Assembly: GCF_000195755.1 (NCBI RefSeq)
Contig: NC_005863.1
Span: 60,001-92,000, forward strand
Direction: 5' to 3'
DNA: 32,000 nt
Origin: Nitratidesulfovibrio vulgaris str. Hildenborough
Lineage (GTDB): Bacteria > Desulfobacterota > Desulfovibrionia > Desulfovibrionales > Desulfovibrionaceae
The notes under the pieces are model-generated. The model ran no database searches and had not been told where the DNA came from. It saw nothing but the letters and a program-made list of their open reading frames with translations. Positions 17,188-25,371 of the stretch are shown piece by piece (position 1 is the first letter of the stretch; each line of letters begins with the position of its first letter). The translations under genes and the position numbers were made by a program.

Positions 17188-18479
17188 GCGTCGTCCTCGT
17201 CCTCGGTGCCGAGACCATGCTGGCGCGCGTGGTCAGCCGCAGCCTGCATCGCGCGGGTTTCACCGTGCTGGCGGCCTCCTCCACGCCGTGGCCCATCTGC
17301 GCCTATTCGCGCTATGTGCGGCGCACCTTCACCCACGCCGACCCGAAGCACGACGAGTCGCGGTTCATCGACGACATCCGCCGCATCTGCGAGACGCAGG
17401 GCGTGGACGTGCTGTTGCCCATCCTGCGCGAGTGCGCCGTCATCGCACGACATCGTCACCTCTTCGGCCCCGGCGTGCGGATGCTACTTGGCGACGCCGC
17501 GACGCTGGCCGACTTCGGCGACAAGTACCGTACCTACGAGGTGGCGCGCGACGCGGGGCTTGCCGTGCCCGAGTACCGCAGGGCTGCCGACCTCGCTGCC
17601 GACCCGGCGGCCCTTGCGGCCTTTCCGTGCCCGTGCCTCGCCAAGCCCGTGTGGGGGTGGGGCGGCTACGGGATGCACGAATGCGCCAGCCCGCAGGAGG
17701 TCGCCGCCCGCATCACGGCCATGACCGACCGACAACGCGAAGACTACTTCATGCAACAGCGGATGCCGGGTGACGTGGTGTGCGTGGCCATGCTGTGCGA
17801 GGCGGGGCAGATGCACGCGTGCGACACCTTCCGCATCGTGTCCTCGTACCCGAGGCGGCACGGGCAGTCGACACTGCGCGAGTCGGTGCGGGCCGACGCC
17901 GCCGTGGACGCGCTGCGGACGCTGCTTGCCCATGTGGGCTGGACGGGCCCGTGTCAGGCCGACTTCATCATCGACCCGGTCACGGGCACGCCGTACCTCA
18001 TCGACATCAACGCCCGGTACTGGAATTCGCTGATTCAGAGCACCGCCCGCGGGGTGGACTTTCCCGTCATGCACTGCCGGATGGCGCTGGGCATGGGTGA
18101 TGCGGGCGGCGCAGGCGGCGCGGGAGATGTTCCGGGCACCGGCGCGGCTGGCGTGTCGCCGGGTGTGTCGCCGGGCGTGCCGCGGGGTGTGCCGGACATG
18201 AGTGCGGGCATGTGCGCGGACATGGACACGGGGGTGAGCACGGCATGGTTCAGTCGCGCCCTGCGCGGCGACCCGGCCCTGCTGCTGCGGCGTCTCTTCT
18301 CGCGCCCGCAGGGTCAGGCCGCACGGGGCATCGCCGCCTTCGACGACTGGGACGTCCGCGACCCGCTGCCCTTCTTCGCATGGCCCTTGCGGCATCTGCT
18401 TGGGCGCATCGCCTCGCGGGTGGCCCCGCATCACTACGCAACCGATGGAACAGGACGAGGTGAAGCATGTCGCTCATGA
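17184..18479 (+). CDS. ATP-grasp family ligase, paralog 2
   Basis: ATG 17184 overlaps the upstream stop (ATGA). It shares blocks with paralog 1: VCVAML, GQ[GS]TLR[DE]SV, W[T]G[VP]C[EQ]ADFI, YLID[VI]N[PA]R[FY]W[GN]S and ARGVDFP. Confidence 0.8.
   Translation: MSVVLVLGAETMLARVVSRSLHRAGFTVLAASSTPWPICAYSRYVRRTFTHADPKHDESRFIDDIRRICETQGVDVLLPILRECAVIARHRHLFGPGVRMLLGDAATLADFGDKYRTYEVARDAGLAVPEYRRAADLAADPAALAAFPCPCLAKPVWGWGGYGMHECASPQEVAARITAMTDRQREDYFMQQRMPGDVVCVAMLCEAGQMHACDTFRIVSSYPRRHGQSTLRESVRADAAVDALRTLLAHVGWTGPCQADFIIDPVTGTPYLIDINARYWNSLIQSTARGVDFPVMHCRMALGMGDAGGAGGAGDVPGTGAAGVSPGVSPGVPRGVPDMSAGMCADMDTGVSTAWFSRALRGDPALLLRRLFSRPQGQAARGIAAFDDWDVRDPLPFFAWPLRHLLGRIASRVAPHHYATDGTGRGEACRS
18150..18197. 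repeat. 12-nt tandem repeat x4 (GGYGTGYCGCCG-like), encodes GVSPGVSPGVPRGVPD in ATP-grasp 2
   Basis: I indexed the units at 18150, 18162, 18174 and 18186. Confidence 0.9.
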
Positions 18480-20092
18480 GCCACATGATGCAACTGACGG
18501 GCAGCCTGCTGCGACGCGCTTCGTACAGACGGCAGATGCGGCAGGGCAGGCCGCCCCTCTCGCTGTGGGGCCTCGCCGACGAGGACGGCGTTCTCACCGT
18601 GGGCGGGGCCTCCGCCGTGGCGCTGGCAGCCGCGTATGGCACGCCGCTTCTGGTGGTGGACGAGAAGGCCCTGCGGGCCAAGGTGGCAGAGGTGCGGGCG
18701 GTGCTCGACGACGAGTTGCCCGGTGCCCGGCTGACCTATTCGTACAAGACCAACTGCATCCCCGGCATCCTGCGCGTGCTGCACGACGCGGGCGTGGGGG
18801 CCGAGGCCATCTCGGCCTATGAGTACTGGCTGGCACAGAGCCTTGGCGTACCGGGCGAACAGCTCATCTACAACGGTGTGGACAAGTCGCCCGAGAGCCT
18901 CGCAATGGCGGTGGCGCACGGCGCGCTCATCAACATCGACAACCGCGACGAGGTGGACGCGGTGCTGGCGACGGCCCGCGCACAGGGGCGGGTGGCCCGC
19001 ATCGGCCTGCGGCTTGGGCTCAACCGCAGCGCGCAATTCGGTCTCGACCCCGACAGCGCGGAAGGTGACGGCGACATCGCCCATGTCGTGGCCCGCTGCA
19101 AGGCCCACCCGGAGCACGCCTCGCTGGAGGCGCTGCACTTCAACGTCACCAGCAACGCACGGCACAGCGGCTACCATGTGCGCTGCCTCGCCCTCGCCCT
19201 CGACGTGATGCGCACCCTCGCCCGCGTCCACGGGGTGCACATACGGCTTCTCGACGTGGGCGGCGGCTTCGGCGTGCAGACCAGCAAGAACATGTCCGGC
19301 GTGGAATACGGCCTGTACCGACTGTTCGGGGTGGCACCGGGCGGGGCGTGGCTCGACCCGTTCCAGGACTTCCGCCTCTACATCCGCGACATGGCTGCGC
19401 TGCTGACCTCGTACTGCCGCGACAATGCCCTGCCGCAGCCCGTGGTCTGCCTCGAACCGGGCAGGCTGCTCACCAGCGGGGCCGAACTGCTGCTGACCCG
19501 CGTGAAGGCCGTCAAGGAACGGCCCGGGGCGGAACCCTTCGCCATCACCGACGGGGGGCGTCTCTCGCAGGCCTACCCCTGCGACTTCGAATGGCACGAG
19601 GCCTTTCTCGCCAACGACCTGCGCAGGCCGCTTGCACGCGCCTACACGGTGACGGGCAGGGTCTGCACGCGTTCCGACTGGCTGTACCGGGGCAAGGTCA
19701 TGCCTGAACTCGCTTCCGGTGACATCCTCGCCGTGCTGGACGCCGGGGCCTATTTCTCGTCGTACGCCATGAACTTCGCCTTCCCGCGTGCCGCCGTGGT
19801 GGGCGTGGAGGACGGGCGGGCGCGTGTGATGCGCCACCGCGAGACCTTCCGCCACCTGACGGCCATGGATGAGGTGCAACTGGTCGATGTGAAGCTGGAC
19901 GGAGTGGCACTGGACGACGAGGCGTCGGCAGGGGCAGGGCCCCACGAGACGGGATGCGTCGGGATGTCCGGGGCTCTTGGGGCATCCGGGGCCGGGGGGC
20001 TGCCGGGTATGCCCGCCGCACCGTCACCGGGCACGCCGTCATCCCCGCCGAGAGCGCATGGCACGACGGGCACGCGAGGGGGCGGCGCATGA
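18467..20092 (+). CDS. PLP-dependent decarboxylase, Orn/DAP/Arg decarboxylase fold (exosortase-system-associated type)
   Basis: ATG 18467 lies 6 nt after GAGG and overlaps the upstream gene by 13 nt. The sequence reads GTPLLVVDEKALRAKV...LTYSYKTNCIPGILRVLHDAGVGAEAISAYEY...LIYNGVDKS, then HFNVTS...LDVGGGFG, then GRVCTRSDWL...GDILAVLDAGAY. It has a low-complexity C-terminal extension. Confidence 0.85.
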   Translation: MSLMSHMMQLTGSLLRRASYRRQMRQGRPPLSLWGLADEDGVLTVGGASAVALAAAYGTPLLVVDEKALRAKVAEVRAVLDDELPGARLTYSYKTNCIPGILRVLHDAGVGAEAISAYEYWLAQSLGVPGEQLIYNGVDKSPESLAMAVAHGALINIDNRDEVDAVLATARAQGRVARIGLRLGLNRSAQFGLDPDSAEGDGDIAHVVARCKAHPEHASLEALHFNVTSNARHSGYHVRCLALALDVMRTLARVHGVHIRLLDVGGGFGVQTSKNMSGVEYGLYRLFGVAPGGAWLDPFQDFRLYIRDMAALLTSYCRDNALPQPVVCLEPGRLLTSGAELLLTRVKAVKERPGAEPFAITDGGRLSQAYPCDFEWHEAFLANDLRRPLARAYTVTGRVCTRSDWLYRGKVMPELASGDILAVLDAGAYFSSYAMNFAFPRAAVVGVEDGRARVMRHRETFRHLTAMDEVQLVDVKLDGVALDDEASAGAGPHETGCVGMSGALGASGAGGLPGMPAAPSPGTPSSPPRAHGTTGTRGGGA

Positions 20093-21096
20093 CAGGTCAC
20101 GCCCTGCATATCGCCCCCTGCGGGCCGTCACGCCACGCCGAGTGGGATGCCTTCGTCGAGGCGCATCCCGCCCGCCCGCTGTTCCATTCACGGCGGTGGC
20201 TGTCGTTGCTCGCCCGCCATCAGGGCGTGCGTCTCGACCTCCATTGCATCGAGGCGCAAGGCCGCGTGGTGGGGCTGCTGCCCATGTTCAGCCGGGGCTA
20301 CGGCGTCATCCGGGTGCATTCGTCGCCCTATGTGGTGACGGATACGCCCTACCTCGGCCCGCTGGTGGACGACGACGTGTCGCCTCATGCCCTGTGGGCC
20401 GCGCTTCTCGACCATGCGCGGCACAGCGGCATGGACTTCGTGCGCCTGTTCACCCGTGTGGGTATGGCGTGCCCCCCCGTGGACGGCACGCCCGCCGGGG
20501 TGCAGCGCAAGACCACGCATGTGCTCGACCTCACGCCGGGGGAGGAGGCCCTCTGGAACGGTCTGGAGGGGCGCTGCCGCACGGCGGTGCGCAAGGCCGC
20601 CAAGGAGGGCGTGACCGTGGAACCCATGGCGGACGATGCCGCCCTCGAACGGTTCGTGGACATGCTCGAAGGCGTCTACGCCCGACAGGGGCTGACCTCG
20701 CCCAACCCCCGCGCCTTCTACCGCGACGTGTGGCGCACCTTCGGCGGGCGCGAGGTCGTGGGGCTGACGGCGCGGCACGAGGGACGCGACATCGCCTCGG
20801 CGCTCTTCGTCATGGACGCGCGCGACGCCTACTACATCAGCGGTGCCTCGGCGGGCGACTGCGGGCGGTTGTCGCCCAACAACATCCTGCAATGGGAGGC
20901 CATACGCCTCGCCCTCGCGCGGGGGGTGGTCAGGTACGACTTCGTGGGGTCCGACATCCCGCGCATCGCACGTTTCAAGGCGAGTTTCGGCGGGCAGCTG
21001 CATGAATACTGGTGCGTCGAGTGCGCGCCATCCCGCGTGGCGCGCTTCATGCGCGCTGCCTACCCGTGGCTCAAACGGCGACTGGGCAGGGTGTGA
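20089..21096 (+). CDS. FemAB-like (GNAT-fold) protein, PEP-CTERM-system-associated type
   Basis: ATG 20089 overlaps the upstream stop (ATGA). The motifs are WDAFVEAHPARPLFHSRRWLSLL, GLLPMF, GRCRTAVRKAAKEGVTVE, and YDFVGSDIPRIARFKASFGGQL at the C-terminus. Confidence 0.8.
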   Translation: MTGHALHIAPCGPSRHAEWDAFVEAHPARPLFHSRRWLSLLARHQGVRLDLHCIEAQGRVVGLLPMFSRGYGVIRVHSSPYVVTDTPYLGPLVDDDVSPHALWAALLDHARHSGMDFVRLFTRVGMACPPVDGTPAGVQRKTTHVLDLTPGEEALWNGLEGRCRTAVRKAAKEGVTVEPMADDAALERFVDMLEGVYARQGLTSPNPRAFYRDVWRTFGGREVVGLTARHEGRDIASALFVMDARDAYYISGASAGDCGRLSPNNILQWEAIRLALARGVVRYDFVGSDIPRIARFKASFGGQLHEYWCVECAPSRVARFMRAAYPWLKRRLGRV

Positions 21097-21163
21097 TGAC
21101 GGCACGGCACGACGCAGAGAGACCCCGGCACCAGCGCCGGGGAAGGGAAACGGAGGCGGCAGC

Positions 21164-22885
21164 ATGATAGGATATGCGCGCATGATGTTGCACAGGCTGA
21201 GCAACAGCGCGTGCCATGCGAGGATGCGCGAGCATCTCGCACTGGAACGGCTGCCGCACGACGAGTTGCGGCAGAGGCAGTTCTGGGTCGCGGTCACGCT
21301 GCTCAAGCACGCCTACGAGACGGTGCCCCATTACCGTGCGCTCATGGACGGGGCGGGGCTGCATCCCGACGCGGTACGCAGCTTCGCGGACTTCGCGGCG
21401 CTGCCCGTGCTGCGCCGGTGGCCCGCCGGGGCACCTGCGCCCGACCTCGTGTCCAAGGCCCTGCCCCGCAAGGCGCTGGCGGCGCTGCAAGGGCAGTCTG
21501 CCGAGAACGGGGGCTGCCTGCCCGCGCCCATCCTGCGCGACCGCGCCGCCCGCGACGAGACGCAGGCCAACTGGCTGCTGTGCCTCACCTTCGCGGGATG
21601 GACACAGGCGGACATGGTGGTGCGGCTGTATGCCGCGTCGGGCGACGAGTCGGGCGACCTGCTGCACCCCGGCGTGCGCGAATGGCTGGCGGGGACCCTC
21701 GCCGTGGACGGCTGCACCTACGCACCGGACGCCGTGGCGCAGTGGGTGAAGGCCATCCGCCGTTGCGGCAGGGCCTATGTGCTGGGCAATGCTCGCGTCA
21801 TGGCGGACATGGCGGACTTCATGCGCGAGGGCGGCATCCGGCTTGGCAACGTGCGCGGGGCCGTGGTGTCGGGCGGCAGGGGCGACCACCACCCGTATGC
21901 GAACGGCCTTCCGGATGCTGGCGGCCTGCATATCGGGGTGCCCGGCCAGACCGACCAGACCGGCCAGACCGGCCAGACCGGCCACGCCGTGCACACGGGG
22001 CCTGCCGACGGTGACGGGACGGGGCGGCAGCGCATCGCCGAGGCCTTCGGCTGCCCGGTGTTCGACCTGTACGGCTGCGCCGAGGTGCCCTGCATCGCCA
22101 TGCAATGCGGCGCGGGCAACCTGCACCTGCTGACGCACTCGGCCCATGTGGCGTTCGAACCCGATGCCGCGTGCGGCCCGCCACGCCTCATCGTCACCGA
22201 CCTCAACAACAGGGCCATGCCCGTGCTGCGCTTCGACACCGGCGACCACGGCGTGCCCGTGGACGGCCCGTGCCCCTGCGGGCGCGGTTTCCCGCTGATG
22301 CGGCGCGTGCCCGCCACCGGGACGTGGTTTCAGACGGTGGAAGGGCGGTTCATCCCCGGCGACGCGTTCGCCCGTGGTCTTGCCGCCCGTCTGGACGCAC
22401 TTCTGGCACTCGTCCCCGGCGAGAGTGCTGCCGGAGGGCACCCCGACGGGGGTGCGGCGCGGCACGGCGACGGTGATGGAGAGGGCGGAGGCAACGGAAG
22501 CGATAACCGTGGCACCGGGCATCATGCGGGACATGACACCGCGCATGGCGGCAGCCATCAGATGGGGCCTCACATGGGGCGTGGCGACAGCCGGCACCCC
22601 GCGCACAGGGGCGGGCGTGGCGCATACCGCGCATGGCCCGCCTTCAGGCAGGTGGTCCCCGGCGTCGTCCACGTCGTCCTTCCGGCGGAGTGCGCCATGG
22701 GTGCGACCCCCTTCGGGGCCCTCGTGCGTGACACCGTGCGCGAGGTCGTGCGCGACGCCGCGCAAGGGGCCGGGGCCGCAGACGCCTCGGCGCTGGCGAC
22801 CCTGACGTTCGTGCAGGCGACGACTCCAGCGGGGCGCGACGCTTCGCACGGGGGCGGACCGCCGCAAGGAGGGCACAGGCCATGA
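21164..22885 (+). CDS. Phenylacetate-CoA ligase (PaaK/CapK)-like adenylate-forming enzyme with two insertions
   Basis: ATG 21164 follows CGGAGGCGG. The sequence LERLPHDELRQRQFWVAVTLLKHAYETVPHYRALMDGAGLHPDAVRSFADFAALPVLRR matches the PaaK-family N-terminus. FDLYGCAEVPCIAMQC...HLL appears later. Confidence 0.75.
   Translation: MIGYARMMLHRLSNSACHARMREHLALERLPHDELRQRQFWVAVTLLKHAYETVPHYRALMDGAGLHPDAVRSFADFAALPVLRRWPAGAPAPDLVSKALPRKALAALQGQSAENGGCLPAPILRDRAARDETQANWLLCLTFAGWTQADMVVRLYAASGDESGDLLHPGVREWLAGTLAVDGCTYAPDAVAQWVKAIRRCGRAYVLGNARVMADMADFMREGGIRLGNVRGAVVSGGRGDHHPYANGLPDAGGLHIGVPGQTDQTGQTGQTGHAVHTGPADGDGTGRQRIAEAFGCPVFDLYGCAEVPCIAMQCGAGNLHLLTHSAHVAFEPDAACGPPRLIVTDLNNRAMPVLRFDTGDHGVPVDGPCPCGRGFPLMRRVPATGTWFQTVEGRFIPGDAFARGLAARLDALLALVPGESAAGGHPDGGAARHGDGDGEGGGNGSDNRGTGHHAGHDTAHGGSHQMGPHMGRGDSRHPAHRGGRGAYRAWPAFRQVVPGVVHVVLPAECAMGATPFGALVRDTVREVVRDAAQGAGAADASALATLTFVQATTPAGRDASHGGGPPQGGHRP
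21947..21982. repeat. 9-nt tandem repeat x4 (CAGACCGRC), encodes QTD(QTG)3 in the PaaK-like gene
   Basis: I indexed the units at 21947, 21956, 21965 and 21974. Confidence 0.95.
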
Positions 22886-24918
22886 CCATCGTCCTCGCGT
22901 GTCTCGTGGTGGTGCTGACGGTGGCGGGCACGGCCCGCGCCCTGCACGAGTCGGGGCGGGCGGCTGCGCCGCGCGTGGTGGCCCCGGTGCTCACGGCCGT
23001 TCTCGTGGTGGCCGAGACCTATCTCGCCGTGGCCACCGAGGTCGCGCCGTGGACGTTGCAGGCGACGCTCATCCTTCAGGCGCTGCTGGCCCCGGCGTGG
23101 GCCACGTTCGCCCTGTGCTACGGGCGCGAGTGCTCATGGCGCACGCTGCCGCGCAGCGGCAGGCTGCTGCTGGCCCTGTCGCTGTCGCCCGTGCTCATGG
23201 CGGCCGTGCTGCCACCCGATCAGTTGTTCTATCTTGCCGACTTCACGGCCGAACGAGTCTTCTACCTCGAACCGCGCGCCTTCTTCCTCTACCTGCAACT
23301 GCTGCTGTGCCTGCTGCTGTCGGCGGGCAACCTCGAGACCACGCTCCGCAACAGCCGCCACAGCCAGCGCTGGCGCATCAAGCTGGCCCTCGTCGGCATG
23401 GGGGCGGTGCTCGCGGCGCTCTGCCTGCAATACGGGCAGGGGCTGGTCATCCGCACCCTCGACCTCGGCTATGTGGGGCTGCGCAACGGGGCCGTGGCGC
23501 TTGGCTTCGCGCTGTTCCTCTTCGCCGAGACGCGCCGTGGCAGCGACAAGGTGCACATCGCGCGGCGTCTGGCCTTCCGGTCCGTGGTCGCCATCATCGC
23601 GGGCGGGTACCTGCTTGGACTCGGCGTGCTGCGCGAGGGCGTGCGTCTGGCGGGGCCTGATTTCGAACGGCACTTCGCGCTGGCCATCGTCTTCGCCGTC
23701 GTCCTCGCGGGGTTGATCATCCTGCTGTCGGACCACCTGCGCAGGCGGTTCAGCATCTGGATGCACCGCACCTTCTACAACGAGAAGTACGACTACCGCA
23801 CACAGTGGATCAACTTCACCGACATGCTCTCCCATGCCCGCAACACCCGCGACTTCGTGGACGTGATGCTGGTGGGCCTGTGCGATGCCTTCGGCTTCGT
23901 GGGGGCTGCCTTCGTGCCCGCCGACTTCGAACACCCCGGACAGGCCCGCGACGCCGTGGTCTACGAGATGGAACCGCTGCCGCCCACGCTGCCCGCCACG
24001 GCCTTCGGCGGACTGCTGGTCTACGAGGGTGGCCCGTGCACGCTGGACACGGTGGCGGGGCTCTTGAGCGAAGACGCGCTCGAAGCCCTGCAAGACGCCG
24101 GGGTGGGCCTCGTGCTGCCGGTGCGCACCGTGGAGGGCTGCGAGGGGGTGGTGCTACTGGCACGGCCCATCGACACCCGCGAGGAGCACGACCTTGAGGA
24201 CTTCGAACTCCTCGAGGCCATGGGACGCCAGATAGCCCTGTGCGTGCGCAGCTTCCGCCTTGGCGACGAACTGGCGGTGGCGCGCGAGATGGAGGCGCTG
24301 GGCCGCTTCGCCGCGCTGGTGATGCACGACCTCAAGAATCAGGTCTACGCGCTCTCGCTGCTGGTGGACAACGCGCGGCTGTACATCGCCGAACCCGAGT
24401 TCCAGCGCGACCTTGTGGAGACGCTCACCAACAGCGTCAGCAACATGCGCAACCTCATCTCGCAACTGACGCGCCTGCCGGGGCGCGAGAACCTGCATCT
24501 CGCCCCTGTCGACCTCATGGAACTGGCACGCGAGGCGTGCGCCAGCCTGCCGGGGGCGGACATCCGCTTCGAGGGCGCGGGGGTGCGGGCCGCGGTCGAT
24601 GCGGAGCAGGTGTCGAAGGTGCTCGTGAACCTGTGCCTCAACGCCATCGAGGCCGACCCCGCGGGGCCGGTGGTGGTGCGGGTGGGTGTGAACGGCGGCC
24701 CGCTCATCAAGGTCGAGGACTCGGCGGGCGGCATCGACCCCGCCCTGTTGCGCGACGGACTGTTCAAGCCCTTCAGATCGACCAAGAAGCGCGGCATGGG
24801 CATCGGCCTGTACCATTGCCGCAAGATCGTCGAGGCGCACGGTGGCACCATCGGCGTGGAGTCGCAGCCCGGACGCGGCAGCACCTTCACCGTGCAGTTC
24901 GCCCGGAGGGAGGGCTGA
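22882..24918 (+). CDS. prsK: PEP-CTERM-system histidine kinase (PrsK type): polytopic sensor, GAF, HisKA and HATPase domains
   Basis: ATG 22882 overlaps the upstream stop (ATGA) and is preceded by GGAGGG. It has about 8 N-terminal TM helices, a GAF-like middle region, the H-box FAALVMHDLKNQV, the N-box LVNLCLNAIEA, G1 VEDSAGGID and G2 GMGIGLYHCRKIVEAHGG. Confidence 0.85.
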   Translation: MTIVLACLVVVLTVAGTARALHESGRAAAPRVVAPVLTAVLVVAETYLAVATEVAPWTLQATLILQALLAPAWATFALCYGRECSWRTLPRSGRLLLALSLSPVLMAAVLPPDQLFYLADFTAERVFYLEPRAFFLYLQLLLCLLLSAGNLETTLRNSRHSQRWRIKLALVGMGAVLAALCLQYGQGLVIRTLDLGYVGLRNGAVALGFALFLFAETRRGSDKVHIARRLAFRSVVAIIAGGYLLGLGVLREGVRLAGPDFERHFALAIVFAVVLAGLIILLSDHLRRRFSIWMHRTFYNEKYDYRTQWINFTDMLSHARNTRDFVDVMLVGLCDAFGFVGAAFVPADFEHPGQARDAVVYEMEPLPPTLPATAFGGLLVYEGGPCTLDTVAGLLSEDALEALQDAGVGLVLPVRTVEGCEGVVLLARPIDTREEHDLEDFELLEAMGRQIALCVRSFRLGDELAVAREMEALGRFAALVMHDLKNQVYALSLLVDNARLYIAEPEFQRDLVETLTNSVSNMRNLISQLTRLPGRENLHLAPVDLMELAREACASLPGADIRFEGAGVRAAVDAEQVSKVLVNLCLNAIEADPAGPVVVRVGVNGGPLIKVEDSAGGIDPALLRDGLFKPFRSTKKRGMGIGLYHCRKIVEAHGGTIGVESQPGRGSTFTVQFARREG

Positions 24919-25371
24919 CGGTTCGGTGAAGGATGACGTGACGGGAGCGTAAGGGCGGCGCGTAGCCGGGGCATATGACTGGCAGGGCATGGCAGCGGGA
25001 CGTGCCAGCGGGACGTGACAGGTGCGCGTGTCCGGCGGGGGTGTCCGGCGGGTGGAGGGAGACGGAGGTGGTGACGGGCGCGGCGAAGGCGCGACATCTT
25101 CGGCCTTGCGAGGGGCGTCGTGCCGTGTCCGGGTCGACCCGGGGCGATGCAGGCGTCACCCGGCACTCGTCACCCGGCGGCGTTCGGCGGTGCGTACCCG
25201 GCGGGCCATGTCGGCCGCGTCCGAGCGGGGGCCACCCGCTGGCGTACGGTCGGGAGTCACCGAAAGGCGTGCCGGGAGTGCAAGGGCGGCATCGCGCGGC
25301 GCGGTGCGTCGTCACCGGAGGGCATCGGGCATCATCGTACAACACGGCTTTGCGACGACGAGGGGATGATC

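Noticed and set aside
24919-25365. ORFs 24887..25345(-), 24975..25721(+) and 25022..25369(+) in the 447-nt PrsK-patatin gap, together with short direct repeats (GTGTCCGGCGGG x2, CGGGACGTG x2) and a 14-bp perfect palindrome CCGGGTCGACCCGG at 25129-25142.
   Set aside because: The translations are non-protein-like and no SD-supported start is present. The palindrome has no following T-run, so it is not a terminator, and it has no second half-site context to support calling it an operator. I left the region as unannotated intergenic or promoter sequence.
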